Below, piece by piece: positions 1-9,241 of a DNA stretch of 32,000 nt. Origin of the DNA: Candidatus Saccharimonadota bacterium (GTDB lineage: Archaea > Nanohalarchaeota > Nanosalinia > Nanosalinales > Nanosalinaceae); NCBI GenBank assembly GCA_001761425.1, contig CP012986.1, positions 750,001 through 782,000 on the forward strand. Reading direction: 5' to 3'. The notes under the pieces were generated by a model. The model was given only the letters and a program-made list of their open reading frames with translations. It did not search any database and was not told the DNA's origin. The stretch's first letter is position 1. The number at the start of each line of letters is the position of its first letter. A program made the translations under genes and the position numbers.

Positions 1-1107
1 GAACTGGCAAAAGAACTGATGAAGTACGAGACAGTTTCACCAATCGAAAACCCGGATGCATTCCAGTTCCTGAAAGGAGTACTGGAGGACGAGGGAATAA
101 ACGCAGAGATCAGGGAGATAAACGGCGTCTACAACCTTGTAGCAGAGACCGGAGATCCTGAAGCAGAAGAATCAGTCTGTCTCAACGGCCACATGGACGT
201 AGTGGAACCAGAGGGAGAATGGAGCATCACAGAACCGTTTGAACCCGTAGAGGAAAACGGAAAGCTCTACGGCAGGGGAGCAGCCGATATGAAAGGTGCG
301 CTAGCCGCCCAGACCAAGGCCTTCATCGATCTACACCGCGACAGCGAGTTCAACGGCCGGGCAGTACTGATGGCAGTAGGAGACGAAGAGATCGGAGGAT
401 TCGACGGCTCCAAGGTACTGGCAAACGAATACAGCGAAAAAGGAAAGGGCTTCGACCATGTGATAGTCGGAGAACCAACAGACCTGGACTTACAGGTCGG
501 AACAAGAGGCCTGTTCTGGGCAAACGTCTACCTGAAAGGAGAATCTGTTCATGCGACAAGGCCTCACCTCGCAGAGACGAATACAATGGAAAAACTGCCT
601 GAAGCCCTGAAAAGACTGGGGAACCTGGAGATGAGCTTTGAAAACGATGGCCCTCTGCCTGATCCTTCCTCAGAGGTTACGATAGTCGAGTCAACCGATA
701 CCTACAACAGTATCCCTGCCGAGGTCAAGATAGGCATGGATTTAAGGTATCTTCCAGGACAGAAAGTTGATGAAGTAGTCGAAGATATAGAAAACAGTCT
801 TGAAGGCCTTGAAGTCGATGTCGAAGTTGAAGTTGAACAGGATCACGGCGGAGACTTCAAATTAGAGGATGAAAAGTTCAGAAACACTGCTTTCAATGTT
901 CTAATAGAGGTCAGAGGTGAAGAACCGGAGCAGATTACTTCTGGAGGTGCCTCAGATGGGCGTTTCTTCTCGAACAATGGAACACCGTTCATAGAGCTGG
1001 GTGTCAACCAGGAATCAGTCCACGGCGAAAACGAGTACTGTACAGTAGATAACCTGAAGAAACTGAGAAAGGCCTACTTCGATATCAGTAAAAGAATGGC
1101 GGGGTAA
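1..1107 (+). CDS. M20-family metallopeptidase (ArgE/DapE-like deacylase); 5' end probably lies upstream of the window
   Basis: ORF 19..1107. The frame is open back to base 1 (ELAKEL precedes the first Met). Motifs GHMDVV, GRGAADMKG and GDEEIGG are typical of the acetylornithine deacetylase / succinyl-DAP desuccinylase clan. Confidence 0.8.
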   Translation, partial: ELAKELMKYETVSPIENPDAFQFLKGVLEDEGINAEIREINGVYNLVAETGDPEAEESVCLNGHMDVVEPEGEWSITEPFEPVEENGKLYGRGAADMKGALAAQTKAFIDLHRDSEFNGRAVLMAVGDEEIGGFDGSKVLANEYSEKGKGFDHVIVGEPTDLDLQVGTRGLFWANVYLKGESVHATRPHLAETNTMEKLPEALKRLGNLEMSFENDGPLPDPSSEVTIVESTDTYNSIPAEVKIGMDLRYLPGQKVDEVVEDIENSLEGLEVDVEVEVEQDHGGDFKLEDEKFRNTAFNVLIEVRGEEPEQITSGGASDGRFFSNNGTPFIELGVNQESVHGENEYCTVDNLKKLRKAYFDISKRMAG

Positions 1108-1134
1108 AAAATTTGTCTATCTCAGGCCTCTAGC

Positions 1135-1141
1135 TTTTTTT
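1135..1141 (+). terminator. oligo-T (T7) tract downstream of the M20 peptidase gene; archaeal-type terminator candidate
   Basis: A T7 run lies 28 nt after the TAA stop and is preceded by AGGCCT at 1124-1129. Archaeal RNAP terminates at oligo-T tracts. Confidence 0.45.
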
Positions 1142-1205
1142 GCTTTCTGTTTAAAAAGTTTCGCGGATATCTTCTTGTTATAAAACGAGGGAGGTTTTTG
1201 GATTT

Positions 1206-2345
1206 ATGAAATTTTCAGATTTGACTATTTCGGAAAGTACAGTTTCTAGACTTGAGGAAAACGGTATTACAGAGCCTACAGAGGTTCAGGAAAAGGCCAT
1301 TCCAGAGGTTTTGAACGGGAAGGATCTTCTTGTGGAATCGGAGACAGGTTCAGGGAAGACTCTTGCGTTTTCACTGCCTATGATCGAAAATCTTGACCAT
1401 GAAAGCGGTGAGACAGAGGCCCTGGTACTTTCACCGACGCGTGAGCTGGCTAAACAGATCACCGCGGAGATAGAGATGGCTTCGGACAGTATCGATGCTG
1501 TCACGATTTATGGAGGCGTTGATTACGAGCCTCAGATCCAGGGTGCGAAGGAAGCGAATATAATCGTAGGTACGCCGGGAAGAGTCCTTGATCTGTTACA
1601 GCAGGGAAAGATTGATGTCTCGGATGTCGAATACTTCGTTCTTGACGAGGCAGACAGGATGCTGGACATGGGTTTCCAGGACGAACTGGAAGCCATCATT
1701 GACTTCCTGCCTGGGAAAAGAAAAAATCTACTGTTCGGAGCTACTATCCCGAGAGCACTGAAGAGAATGTGTGACAAATACAGTATAGATCCGGAGATCA
1801 TCCGTATCGAGCCAGGAGAACATACCGCAGAGCTTGAAGAGGCCTATATCAACGTCAAAAACAATAACAAGCTTTCCTACCTCTACACCTTCCTGAAAAA
1901 GAAAGATAGAGACCTGGCTATCGTCTTCTGCCAGACCAAGAACACGACACGCTGGTTAGCGGACAAACTGAGAAAAAACGGTATCAATGCACAGGAGATG
2001 AACGGCGACATGAGCCAGAACCAGAGAGAACAGACTCTGGAAAAATTCGAGAACTCAGGTACATCCCAGGATTCATCCAGCGAAGAGATAAAAGTCATCG
2101 TCGCAACAGACGTCGCAGCACGAGGAATCGACGTAGACGATGTAACACACGTCTTCAACTACGACGTACCTGACACAGCAGACACGTACACCCATAGAAT
2201 CGGAAGAGCCGGACGCCAGGGAAGAGAAGGAGAAGCAATCACACTCCTCGAGCCAGAAGACCACCAGAAGTTCAGGAAACTGAAACAGGAACATTCCGTA
2301 CCCAGGATCGACGAAAAACCAGACCTCCTGGACGCAAAAGTATAG
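1206..2345 (+). CDS. DEAD-box ATP-dependent RNA helicase
   Basis: Motif I ETGSGKT, Ia PTRELA, II VLDEAD, III GAT (variant of SAT), VI HRIGRAGRQG. GGAGG lies about 12 nt upstream of the ATG. Confidence 0.93.
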   Translation: MKFSDLTISESTVSRLEENGITEPTEVQEKAIPEVLNGKDLLVESETGSGKTLAFSLPMIENLDHESGETEALVLSPTRELAKQITAEIEMASDSIDAVTIYGGVDYEPQIQGAKEANIIVGTPGRVLDLLQQGKIDVSDVEYFVLDEADRMLDMGFQDELEAIIDFLPGKRKNLLFGATIPRALKRMCDKYSIDPEIIRIEPGEHTAELEEAYINVKNNNKLSYLYTFLKKKDRDLAIVFCQTKNTTRWLADKLRKNGINAQEMNGDMSQNQREQTLEKFENSGTSQDSSSEEIKVIVATDVAARGIDVDDVTHVFNYDVPDTADTYTHRIGRAGRQGREGEAITLLEPEDHQKFRKLKQEHSVPRIDEKPDLLDAKV

Positions 2346-2369
2346 CTAACAGCATAATTCCTTCCTTAT

Positions 2370-2681
2370 TCAAAGGCCTGAAAAATCTTCGAAACCTGCT
2401 ACAAACTCCACTGAAGGCCTGAAATCCTGTTTTCTGCTGTCCTCAAGCACAAAGCTCAGCGAGTAATCTGAACTATCTCCGGAGAACTCGGTGATCACTT
2501 CCAGATAGTTATCGACTTCGCCAGGGTCACTCTCGTGGATCTCCATGATATTTTCCCTCTTGAACTGATAGCCTTTCTCCTCGAGAGTTCTCAAGGCCTT
2601 TTTGTGGAACTCGTCACTTCTGTAGCTTTCCGCCAGGTCGTTTTCAAAGGTATCTGCCAGAATGTAGATATCAGTGTTCAC
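2370..2681 (-). CDS. hypothetical small acidic protein (103 aa) ending in GFEDFSGL
   Basis: ORF with the acidic composition typical of this window. Convergent with the helicase gene. No recognisable domain. Confidence 0.5.
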   Translation of the reverse strand: MNTDIYILADTFENDLAESYRSDEFHKKALRTLEEKGYQFKRENIMEIHESDPGEVDNYLEVITEFSGDSSDYSLSFVLEDSRKQDFRPSVEFVAGFEDFSGL

Positions 2682-2815
2682 GGTGATTTCAGCTCCAGAT
2701 TTGTTTTAGCAGCTCTAAAGAGGCCCTTCATAACTGTCAGTGAATCCTGGGTAAAAGCTGATACTGCGGTCATTATCAACTTTCTGTAGGACAGATCAAG
2801 CACTGGACTCATAGC

Positions 2816-3634
2816 TCAACCCTGTGCCGGAGAGTAAAGTGCCACTGAAGGCCTGTAACCGGGTTTTTCTTTCTCCTCTTTGGGAGAAGGCTTCCACCAG
2901 AAATCTATATCAGGATTTAAATCCGCTTCAAGGCCTGAGAACTGTTCTCTGATTTCCTGTTCGGAACCAGGCTCCGAGACCATCTCCAAGTAGGCCTCAT
3001 CCTTCAGAAATTTCTCTATGCCTCCGTAGAAGCTTTCTCCACCCACAACGTCGAAAACATTGTTAGTATAAACAGCGTCCGCCCCAGAAAGATTTTGTTC
3101 TCTGAAATCTCCGATGACCTGGTTGTCAGGTCTTTCCGTGTTGAAACCGATTTCGTCTATAACACCTGGATAAAAATCCTTCCAGGCAAAACCTATCTCC
3201 GAAAAATCCGGGATCTCGTCAAAACCTGTCTCAGGCCTTCCTGCGTACTCTCTATGTTTTTCAAGAACTTCTCCAGGCACTTTTCCATCCTCTACGAAGT
3301 TGGGGATCCCGGTTCCTGGATCGTCGATGCCTAAAAATTCTTTCAGTTCATCAGTGCTTTTCCCTGGCCCAGGCCTTGAAAGGTAATCTCCCGCAAAATT
3401 CTGGAGGTAAGATGTCCTGGGATTGACTTCTACAGTCGTGACCTCTGCCTCAGGATACCTGTCCTTTAGCCACCAGCCGACCAGGTCAGAGCCTACAGTA
3501 ACGATATGTGCATCCTCCGGTTCAAGGCCTTCCCCCTCAAATCTTTCAGCCACTGCCTCAAAATAAGGCAGATGCACATTCCCTGAAGGATAAGCCAGTT
3601 GATAGACATCATTCCCCCACTCCATTCTTACCAC
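2816..3634 (-). CDS. hypothetical protein, possibly a Rossmann-fold (SAM-methyltransferase / aminopropyltransferase-like) protein
   Basis: 272-aa ORF. IVTVGSDLVGWW ... EVTTVEVNP ... ADAVYTNNVFD loosely resembles class I MTase motifs I, II and IV. GTG start at 3634 or ATG at 3625. AATATATT TATA-like box at 3661-3668. Confidence 0.6.
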   Translation of the reverse strand: MVRMEWGNDVYQLAYPSGNVHLPYFEAVAERFEGEGLEPEDAHIVTVGSDLVGWWLKDRYPEAEVTTVEVNPRTSYLQNFAGDYLSRPGPGKSTDELKEFLGIDDPGTGIPNFVEDGKVPGEVLEKHREYAGRPETGFDEIPDFSEIGFAWKDFYPGVIDEIGFNTERPDNQVIGDFREQNLSGADAVYTNNVFDVVGGESFYGGIEKFLKDEAYLEMVSEPGSEQEIREQFSGLEADLNPDIDFWWKPSPKEEKEKPGYRPSVALYSPAQG

Positions 3635-3785
3635 TTAATTTGTTATGACAGTTAAACAACAATATATTTGTTTTGGTGTATAAGGCCTTTTCTGGTTAAG
3701 AAGTTGGCTAGAAAAGTTTCGGAAGTACTTTCTTTGGCTGTATGTTTTAGAAACGATCACATTAAATGTTTGAACGTGTGGTTGG

Positions 3786-4922
3786 ATGGAGTTTCGAGAA
3801 CTGGATAATCTTTTGCTCTATGAATTTTTGAAGAACTTTGCTCTTTCTCTGATAGGGGTTTTCATCCCTGTTTATATTGTTTCGCAGGGCTTTGGGTTGC
3901 TTCCTGCTGCTCTTTTCATAGTTATCTCAGGCCTCACGGGAACGGTCCTTTCTTATCCTGTTTCCAGGTTGATAGCGAGAATTGGTTTCAAGCATAGTTT
4001 AGCTGCGTCCTATCTTTTCCTTATTCCTGGTCTTGTAGTTATAAGATGGTTTGAGCTTTCTCTTGCGGTTATCGTTGCGTCTTCTTTGCTGTATAATGTT
4101 GGAAGGTTGCTGCATAATATCAGTATGAACTCGGAGTTTGCCGTGGATTCAGACGGAGATAGGAGAGCAAGTGATTCAGGTAAGATGTTGAGTTTGCCAA
4201 GTATCTCCAGAATCATAGCTCCTCTGACAGGAGGATTAATCTTCGCAGGATTAGGTTTCGGCGAATTAATGGCTGTGACAATTTTCATCTTGTTTCTCTC
4301 TGTAATTCCTTTAATTCGTTCCAGAGATCACAGAGACGCTCTGGATTATGATTTCGGAGAACTTCTGAACAAGGAAATCAAGAAAACTATACCGCTATTC
4401 ACTGCTAGGGGTATTCAGGGGGCTACAGCAGTAAGTATTTTCGGACTCTTTGTCTACATGGTAATCGGAGGCTCAGTGGATGTAGGAGGAGCAAGAGCTC
4501 TGGATAGCCTAGGATTTGTTCTGACAGGATTGCTTGTAGGACATCTCTCATCTAAAATTGACAAAGATAAATTCGTACTAGTAGGATGTTCAGGTGCAGC
4601 CTTCATGTATCTACTGAGAGGTTTCCTGGTATCACCTCTCCAGGTTTTCCTGGTCTCATTTGTAAGCGGAATTTTCTTTCAGGTATACCACGTCCCGGTC
4701 TTCTCAAGTTTCGCTGACGAAGCAGAAAGAACCGAAATCCTGGAATTCTACACTCTCAAAAGAATTTTCTCATCTCTCGGAAACATTCTCGCTGTAACGA
4801 CACTAGTCCTGTTCTTCTTTTTATACGATCTCAGAACAGGTTTCATAGCCAGCTTCACACTTGGAAGTATAGCAACGCTCCTAATGGCGGTAATTTACCG
4901 ATCAGAAAAAGAACTGAATTAG
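3786..4922 (+). CDS. MFS-type membrane transporter
   Basis: 378 aa with about 10-12 hydrophobic spans. SRLIARIGFKHSL resembles MFS motif A between TM2 and TM3. Confidence 0.7.
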   Translation: MEFRELDNLLLYEFLKNFALSLIGVFIPVYIVSQGFGLLPAALFIVISGLTGTVLSYPVSRLIARIGFKHSLAASYLFLIPGLVVIRWFELSLAVIVASSLLYNVGRLLHNISMNSEFAVDSDGDRRASDSGKMLSLPSISRIIAPLTGGLIFAGLGFGELMAVTIFILFLSVIPLIRSRDHRDALDYDFGELLNKEIKKTIPLFTARGIQGATAVSIFGLFVYMVIGGSVDVGGARALDSLGFVLTGLLVGHLSSKIDKDKFVLVGCSGAAFMYLLRGFLVSPLQVFLVSFVSGIFFQVYHVPVFSSFADEAERTEILEFYTLKRIFSSLGNILAVTTLVLFFFLYDLRTGFIASFTLGSIATLLMAVIYRSEKELN

Positions 4923-5001
4923 TCCAACAAAATCTTCTTCAACCCCAGAGACGAGGTTGAAAGACGTAAATAGGGCCTTGAAGAAGTAAAGAAGAACTAC
5001 G

Positions 5002-6480
5002 TTAGTAGTTTTTTGCGAAGTAGGCCCAGCGTTCTGCGTTTTCGCCGCAGACTGCGCATTCTCCGTCGATATGTTTGTCTGAGGCCTGGATGGATGCGGG
5101 TTTACTGTCTTCTCTGAATGGTAGGACGACGATCTCTGCGGATACTTCTTCTTTGATCTCGTCTTCGCATTTTTCTTTTCCGCACCAGCGGGTTTTGACG
5201 TATCCACGGTTTTTTCCAATGGTGGCGAGGATTTCCTGTTTGGATTCTGCTTCTCGGATGTTTTCCTTCAGATATTTTTCTAGTTCGGTGTAGAGGCCTT
5301 TCTGGATCTCTTCCAGTCTTTCTTCCGCTTCTTCTATGAATTCTTCGCGGTTGATGCCCATTTCTTTCTCGCTGTTGTCTCTTCTGACGGTTGTGACTGT
5401 TTCGTCTTCGACTTCGTTAGGCCCTACTTCGATACGCAGTGGTACTCCTTTCAGCTCCCATTCGTTGAACTTGTATCCTGGTGTCCTGTGATCCCGGTCA
5501 TCTAATTCTACTCTGAGGCCTTTCTGTTCGAGTTTTTCTGAAACTTTTTCTGCGTATTCCATGACTTTTTCCCTGTTGTCTTCCTGGTAGATAGGTACGA
5601 TGACTGTTTGTACCGGTGCGATGGAAGGAGGCAATCTAAGGCCGTCATTGTCTCCGTGTGCCATGATCAAGGCCCCGATTGTTCTCGTGGAGAGGCCCCA
5701 TGACGTGGTCCAGCAGGTCTGAGTGTTCGAGTCCTCATCCTCGAACTCTATTTCGAAGGCCTCGGCGAAGTGCTGGCCTAGCTGGTGTGAAGTTCCTGAC
5801 TGGATGCTTTTTCCGTCCGGCATCAGGGTTTCGATCGTTGTAGTGTATTTTGCGCCAGGGAACTTGTCGTGTTCCGGTTTATAGCCTAGGATGGAGGGGA
5901 TCGCCAGGTGGTCCTCAATAATTTCTCTGTACTGATCCAGTCTCAGCATTGTTTCCTCGTCAGCTGATTCTTCTGTGGCGTGTGCCGTGTGTCCTTCCTG
6001 CCAGAGGAATTCTCTGGTTCTCAGGAAAGGCCTTGTGTCAGTTGCTTCCCAGCGTACAACGTTCGCCCACTGGTTGACGCGGAAAGGCAGGTCACGGTGT
6101 GAGCGAATCTCGTCGGCCATGTACGGTGCGATCACGCTTTCGGATGTAGGCCTTACTGCGATCTTTTCTTCCAGTTCTTCGTCTCCTCCATGTGTGACCC
6201 ATGCGACTTCCGGGTCGAAGCCTTCTACAATGTCCTCTTCTTTGGCCAGTGTAGATTCTCTTATGAAAAGTGGGAAGTAGGCGTTTTCCACTCCGGTGTC
6301 TTCTATTTTTTCGTTGAACTCCTCTTTGATTGATTCCCAAAGTTTCATCCCGTAGGGCTTGATGATCATACAGCCCTTGACCTCAGCGTATTTTGCCAGT
6401 TCTGCCTTTTTGACGACCTGTGTGTACCATTCCGATGGTTTCTTGTCTTTCCTGACCGTTATACCTAGTTCCTGTGTCAT
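5002..6480 (-). CDS. proS: prolyl-tRNA synthetase, archaeal/eukaryotic type
   Basis: Class II aaRS motifs (RPTSE, FLRTREFLWQEGH, GTSHQLG). C-terminal Zn-binding domain with CGKEKC...CAVCGE, ending in the conserved terminal Tyr (FAKNY). Confidence 0.95.
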   Translation of the reverse strand: MTQELGITVRKDKKPSEWYTQVVKKAELAKYAEVKGCMIIKPYGMKLWESIKEEFNEKIEDTGVENAYFPLFIRESTLAKEEDIVEGFDPEVAWVTHGGDEELEEKIAVRPTSESVIAPYMADEIRSHRDLPFRVNQWANVVRWEATDTRPFLRTREFLWQEGHTAHATEESADEETMLRLDQYREIIEDHLAIPSILGYKPEHDKFPGAKYTTTIETLMPDGKSIQSGTSHQLGQHFAEAFEIEFEDEDSNTQTCWTTSWGLSTRTIGALIMAHGDNDGLRLPPSIAPVQTVIVPIYQEDNREKVMEYAEKVSEKLEQKGLRVELDDRDHRTPGYKFNEWELKGVPLRIEVGPNEVEDETVTTVRRDNSEKEMGINREEFIEEAEERLEEIQKGLYTELEKYLKENIREAESKQEILATIGKNRGYVKTRWCGKEKCEDEIKEEVSAEIVVLPFREDSKPASIQASDKHIDGECAVCGENAERWAYFAKNY

Positions 6481-6781
6481 TCGTAAAACACCTTGTGTTC
6501 TTCTATATCAAGCAAATCTGTGTTTCGAATCATGTTTAATACCTCTATAGAATGTGAAAGGCCTGAGAAATGTTTTGAAGGTTTTGAAAGAAATACCCTG
6601 CTCGCTTGAGCTATGGTTTTTAGAAGATGCTTTGTGTCTATGATTCAGGAGGGACGCAGGATTCTGTGAAAATTTCTTCTTGAGCAGTTTTTCCCTGTTG
6701 AGAAAGCTGCGGAATACATACACCTTTCATTGTGTAGAGTTTTTTAGAGGCCTGATTTTTTATATTCGCTGGTTGAGGCCT

Positions 6782-7552
6782 TTATTTGGCTCCTCTGGTT
6801 ATCTGGCCGTATTTCATTAGGCCTACGAAGATGGCTCCTCCTATGGCGTTTCCTATGGTTGAAAGTGATAGGAATTTGAGGTAGTCGATTGTCGTGACGT
6901 TGCTGGTTGTGAAAAGTCCCATCAGGACTTCTACGTTTCCTGCTATGCTGTGTGGTAGGTGGAGCATTCCGATGGTTGCTGTGACCATCCAGATAAAGAA
7001 TACTCTTCCGATCGTGTTTTCTGCTGATGTTACGAGCCAGGCCAGTAGGCCCATTAGCCAGCCTGCGAATATTCCGGCTGCTAGAAGCCAGTGGACGGGA
7101 TGGCTGACAAGTTTGTGGGCGATCGTTCCGAAGGCTTCGGGTGTTATGACTCCGAGGCCTGGCATTAAAAGTACTGCGAGGCCTGTGAAAAAGATTCCTC
7201 CGATTATGTTTCCTGCGTAGACTATTCCCCAGAGTCTTCCCAGTTTCTTTATTGGGGCTTTTCCGTCGATGACCGGCATCACTGCGAGGGTAGTGTGTTC
7301 TGTGAATAGTTCCGATCTTCCCAGTATGACGAATATGAATCCGACCGAGTAGGCGGATGCGAGAAGTAGTTCTGTCGACAGGTCGCCGTAGCTTCCGGCG
7401 GAGAGAGTAAGTATCACTCCCATAAGTAATGGTCCGAACCCTATGTCGAGGCCTGCTGAGATGCTGGAGAGGAATAGGCCTTCTCTTTCCCTATTGATCT
7501 CGTGGGTTCCTTTCTCAATCATGGATTCGAGGATCTCTCCTGCTGGCTTCAT
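6782..7552 (-). CDS. formate/nitrite transporter (FNT) family channel
   Basis: 256 aa with about six TM spans. GRSELFTEHT and LHLPHSIAGN motifs resemble FocA/NirC signatures. Confidence 0.75.
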   Translation of the reverse strand: MKPAGEILESMIEKGTHEINREREGLFLSSISAGLDIGFGPLLMGVILTLSAGSYGDLSTELLLASAYSVGFIFVILGRSELFTEHTTLAVMPVIDGKAPIKKLGRLWGIVYAGNIIGGIFFTGLAVLLMPGLGVITPEAFGTIAHKLVSHPVHWLLAAGIFAGWLMGLLAWLVTSAENTIGRVFFIWMVTATIGMLHLPHSIAGNVEVLMGLFTTSNVTTIDYLKFLSLSTIGNAIGGAIFVGLMKYGQITRGAK

Positions 7553-7630
7553 ACTTCTGTTTTTCTGCCGTATTTTTTAGAATCTCACCTCTCCTTTTCT
7601 GAACGGATATACCTGAGGACACAGATTGAG

Positions 7631-7639
7631 TTTTTATAT
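7631..7639 (+). promoter_or_regulatory. TATA-box-like element (TTTTTATAT) upstream of the 7662 ORF
   Basis: Centred about 27 nt upstream of the GTG at 7662. This fits an archaeal TATA box driving a leaderless transcript. Confidence 0.4.
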
Positions 7640-7661
7640 GTTTGTATAGGGTGGTTACAAC

Positions 7662-8066
7662 GTGACCCTGCCTAAGAGTTCTTTGAGGAGTGGTTTGAAT
7701 TATATCTCTGCACGTCTTGATCACAGCGGAGAGGCCTACTTACTGGATGCTGGAAGGGATAGTATCCATTCAGAGCCTGTTGTTTTTGTTTCATGGCCTG
7801 ATGAGAGTTCTGTGGAAGGCGGTTCTTTTATCGAGACTTTATTTGATCCGGAGCATATGGCAAGAAATTACACTCCGGATGAGAATATGCGTGTGGCTTA
7901 TGATGACGGTTTTGAGGATTTTTCTGGAGATGTGGAAGGCACGTTGAGGGAAGTGGATTTCTACAGTATAGGCAGGGATAGAAGATTAGAGTTTAGAGAA
8001 GGAAAGGAATCGGCCTACAGGCCTGACGATGAGGCCCTGGGCCAGCTTTATGATCAGCTTAGTTGA
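7662..8066 (+). CDS. hypothetical acidic protein (134 aa) containing a GFEDFSG motif
   Basis: ORF with a GTG start correctly spaced from a TATA-like box. Acidic composition. Its 3' end overlaps the convergent 8059..8778 gene by 8 nt. Confidence 0.5.
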   Translation: MTLPKSSLRSGLNYISARLDHSGEAYLLDAGRDSIHSEPVVFVSWPDESSVEGGSFIETLFDPEHMARNYTPDENMRVAYDDGFEDFSGDVEGTLREVDFYSIGRDRRLEFREGKESAYRPDDEALGQLYDQLS

Positions 8067-8778
8067 GGAAATCGTAGTCGGTGACTTCTGTAGCTACCTC
8101 GACCAGTTCCATGTCAGCCTGTTGTTCCTGTCCTTCGTGATGCCTGGAACCGGTTTTGTAGGCGAGGCCTGTCGATACTTCCGGTTTGTTGTTGCTGTCC
8201 TGGAGCAGGACTGCGCCCATTATGTAGCCTGCTGATGTGGCAAATTCTCTGTTGTAGCTGTTCATTCCCAGGTCTATCTTGTCTGCGCCCATTTTCTCTG
8301 AAGCACCGTACGTAATGCTGGCATTTCCCAGGGATTTGTTTTTCTTGCTTCTGAACGTGAAATCTGTGGGAGTCTTATCTTCGCCTTCAAGTATGTCATA
8401 GGCGTCTTCGGCGGAGTTCACCAGTGCATGAGCAGCTTCCTCCTTGTCGGAAGTGCTTTCAGCTGTCTCGAGGCCTTCTATAAGGATACCTTCTACTCTA
8501 GCCTCCTCCGAGCTGTAATCTTCTTCAAATATTTCGTCGAAGGCCTCGTATCCAAGCATGGTCTCTGTGCTTTTTTCCTGGCCTTCGTAGACTCTCTCAG
8601 TGACGCCGTCCCAGGAGTCGATCTCTGCGAACTGGGTTCCGTCGTCCTCTCCGAAAGATACTCTTCCGCCGTTCCCATGCATATCATGAACTCTGAATCC
8701 ATCTCCTATATCCTCTACCTCGTAATCAGAGGGAACCGCCGACTCGATATCCTCTACTGTAATTCCCATACAGAACAT
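8059..8778 (-). CDS. hypothetical acidic protein (239 aa)
   Basis: Long ORF with D/E-rich composition consistent with the rest of the proteome. Last gene of a three-gene same-strand cluster. No domain recognised. Confidence 0.6.
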   Translation of the reverse strand: MFCMGITVEDIESAVPSDYEVEDIGDGFRVHDMHGNGGRVSFGEDDGTQFAEIDSWDGVTERVYEGQEKSTETMLGYEAFDEIFEEDYSSEEARVEGILIEGLETAESTSDKEEAAHALVNSAEDAYDILEGEDKTPTDFTFRSKKNKSLGNASITYGASEKMGADKIDLGMNSYNREFATSAGYIMGAVLLQDSNNKPEVSTGLAYKTGSRHHEGQEQQADMELVEVATEVTDYDFLN

Positions 8779-8854
8779 TACTCATACTCCTATTTATAAC
8801 TTAAGGGTAACAACACTGGAGATCTTTTTCTTGATAGAAAATCCCGGGAAAATT

Positions 8855-9196
8855 TCAGAGATCAAGCTGTTCCTCTAGCTTTCTCAGCTTCCAAGGCCTC
8901 AAACCTATGAACTTGTCGTTCCCATCGCCGTACCTGTCCTGGAAACAGCCCTGTCTCTGAATATCTGTCTCCTGTTTCCTGATCTCTACAATGTTTTTCT
9001 GAACTAGCTGTTTAATAAATTTTTCTTCCTCGCCGGGATCAAACTCTTCAAGAACATCTGTTCTCTGACTCAGGCCTTTCTTCGGCAAAGCCAGGGCCTT
9101 TTTCTCAAGGATTCTCCGCCATTTCTCCCCGTGAAGTTCTTTCGCCCGTGCTACAAGACCCTGTATGTATCTGGCTTCCTCTGCTGTAAGCTTCAC
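8855..9196 (-). CDS. hypothetical protein (113 aa), basic/helical
   Basis: ORF between the two other cluster genes with short spacers (45 and 76 nt). No domain recognised. Confidence 0.5.
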   Translation of the reverse strand: MKLTAEEARYIQGLVARAKELHGEKWRRILEKKALALPKKGLSQRTDVLEEFDPGEEEKFIKQLVQKNIVEIRKQETDIQRQGCFQDRYGDGNDKFIGLRPWKLRKLEEQLDL

Positions 9197-9241
9197 GGTT
9201 TCAAGTCAACCTCCCCGATATTCATCAATTTTTCCTTCTTC

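Noticed and set aside
4934-4961. Possible hairpin (TTCAACC-10 nt-GGTTGAA) between the convergent MFS and proS genes, considered as a bidirectional terminator
   Set aside because: It has only a 7-bp stem with a 10-nt loop and no adjacent T-tract outside coding sequence. This is too weak to call.
6481-6781. 300-bp gene-free spacer containing GTTTCGAATC (T-loop-like) and a 71-aa ORF; considered as a tRNA, SRP RNA or C/D-box sRNA locus
   Set aside because: I could draw no cloverleaf or acceptor/T stems around the T-loop-like string. There is no RUGAUGA/CUGA box pair, and the region is AT-rich rather than GC-rich and structured. The 71-aa ORF is basic and unlike the acidic proteome. A covariance-model scan (tRNAscan/Infernal) would settle it.
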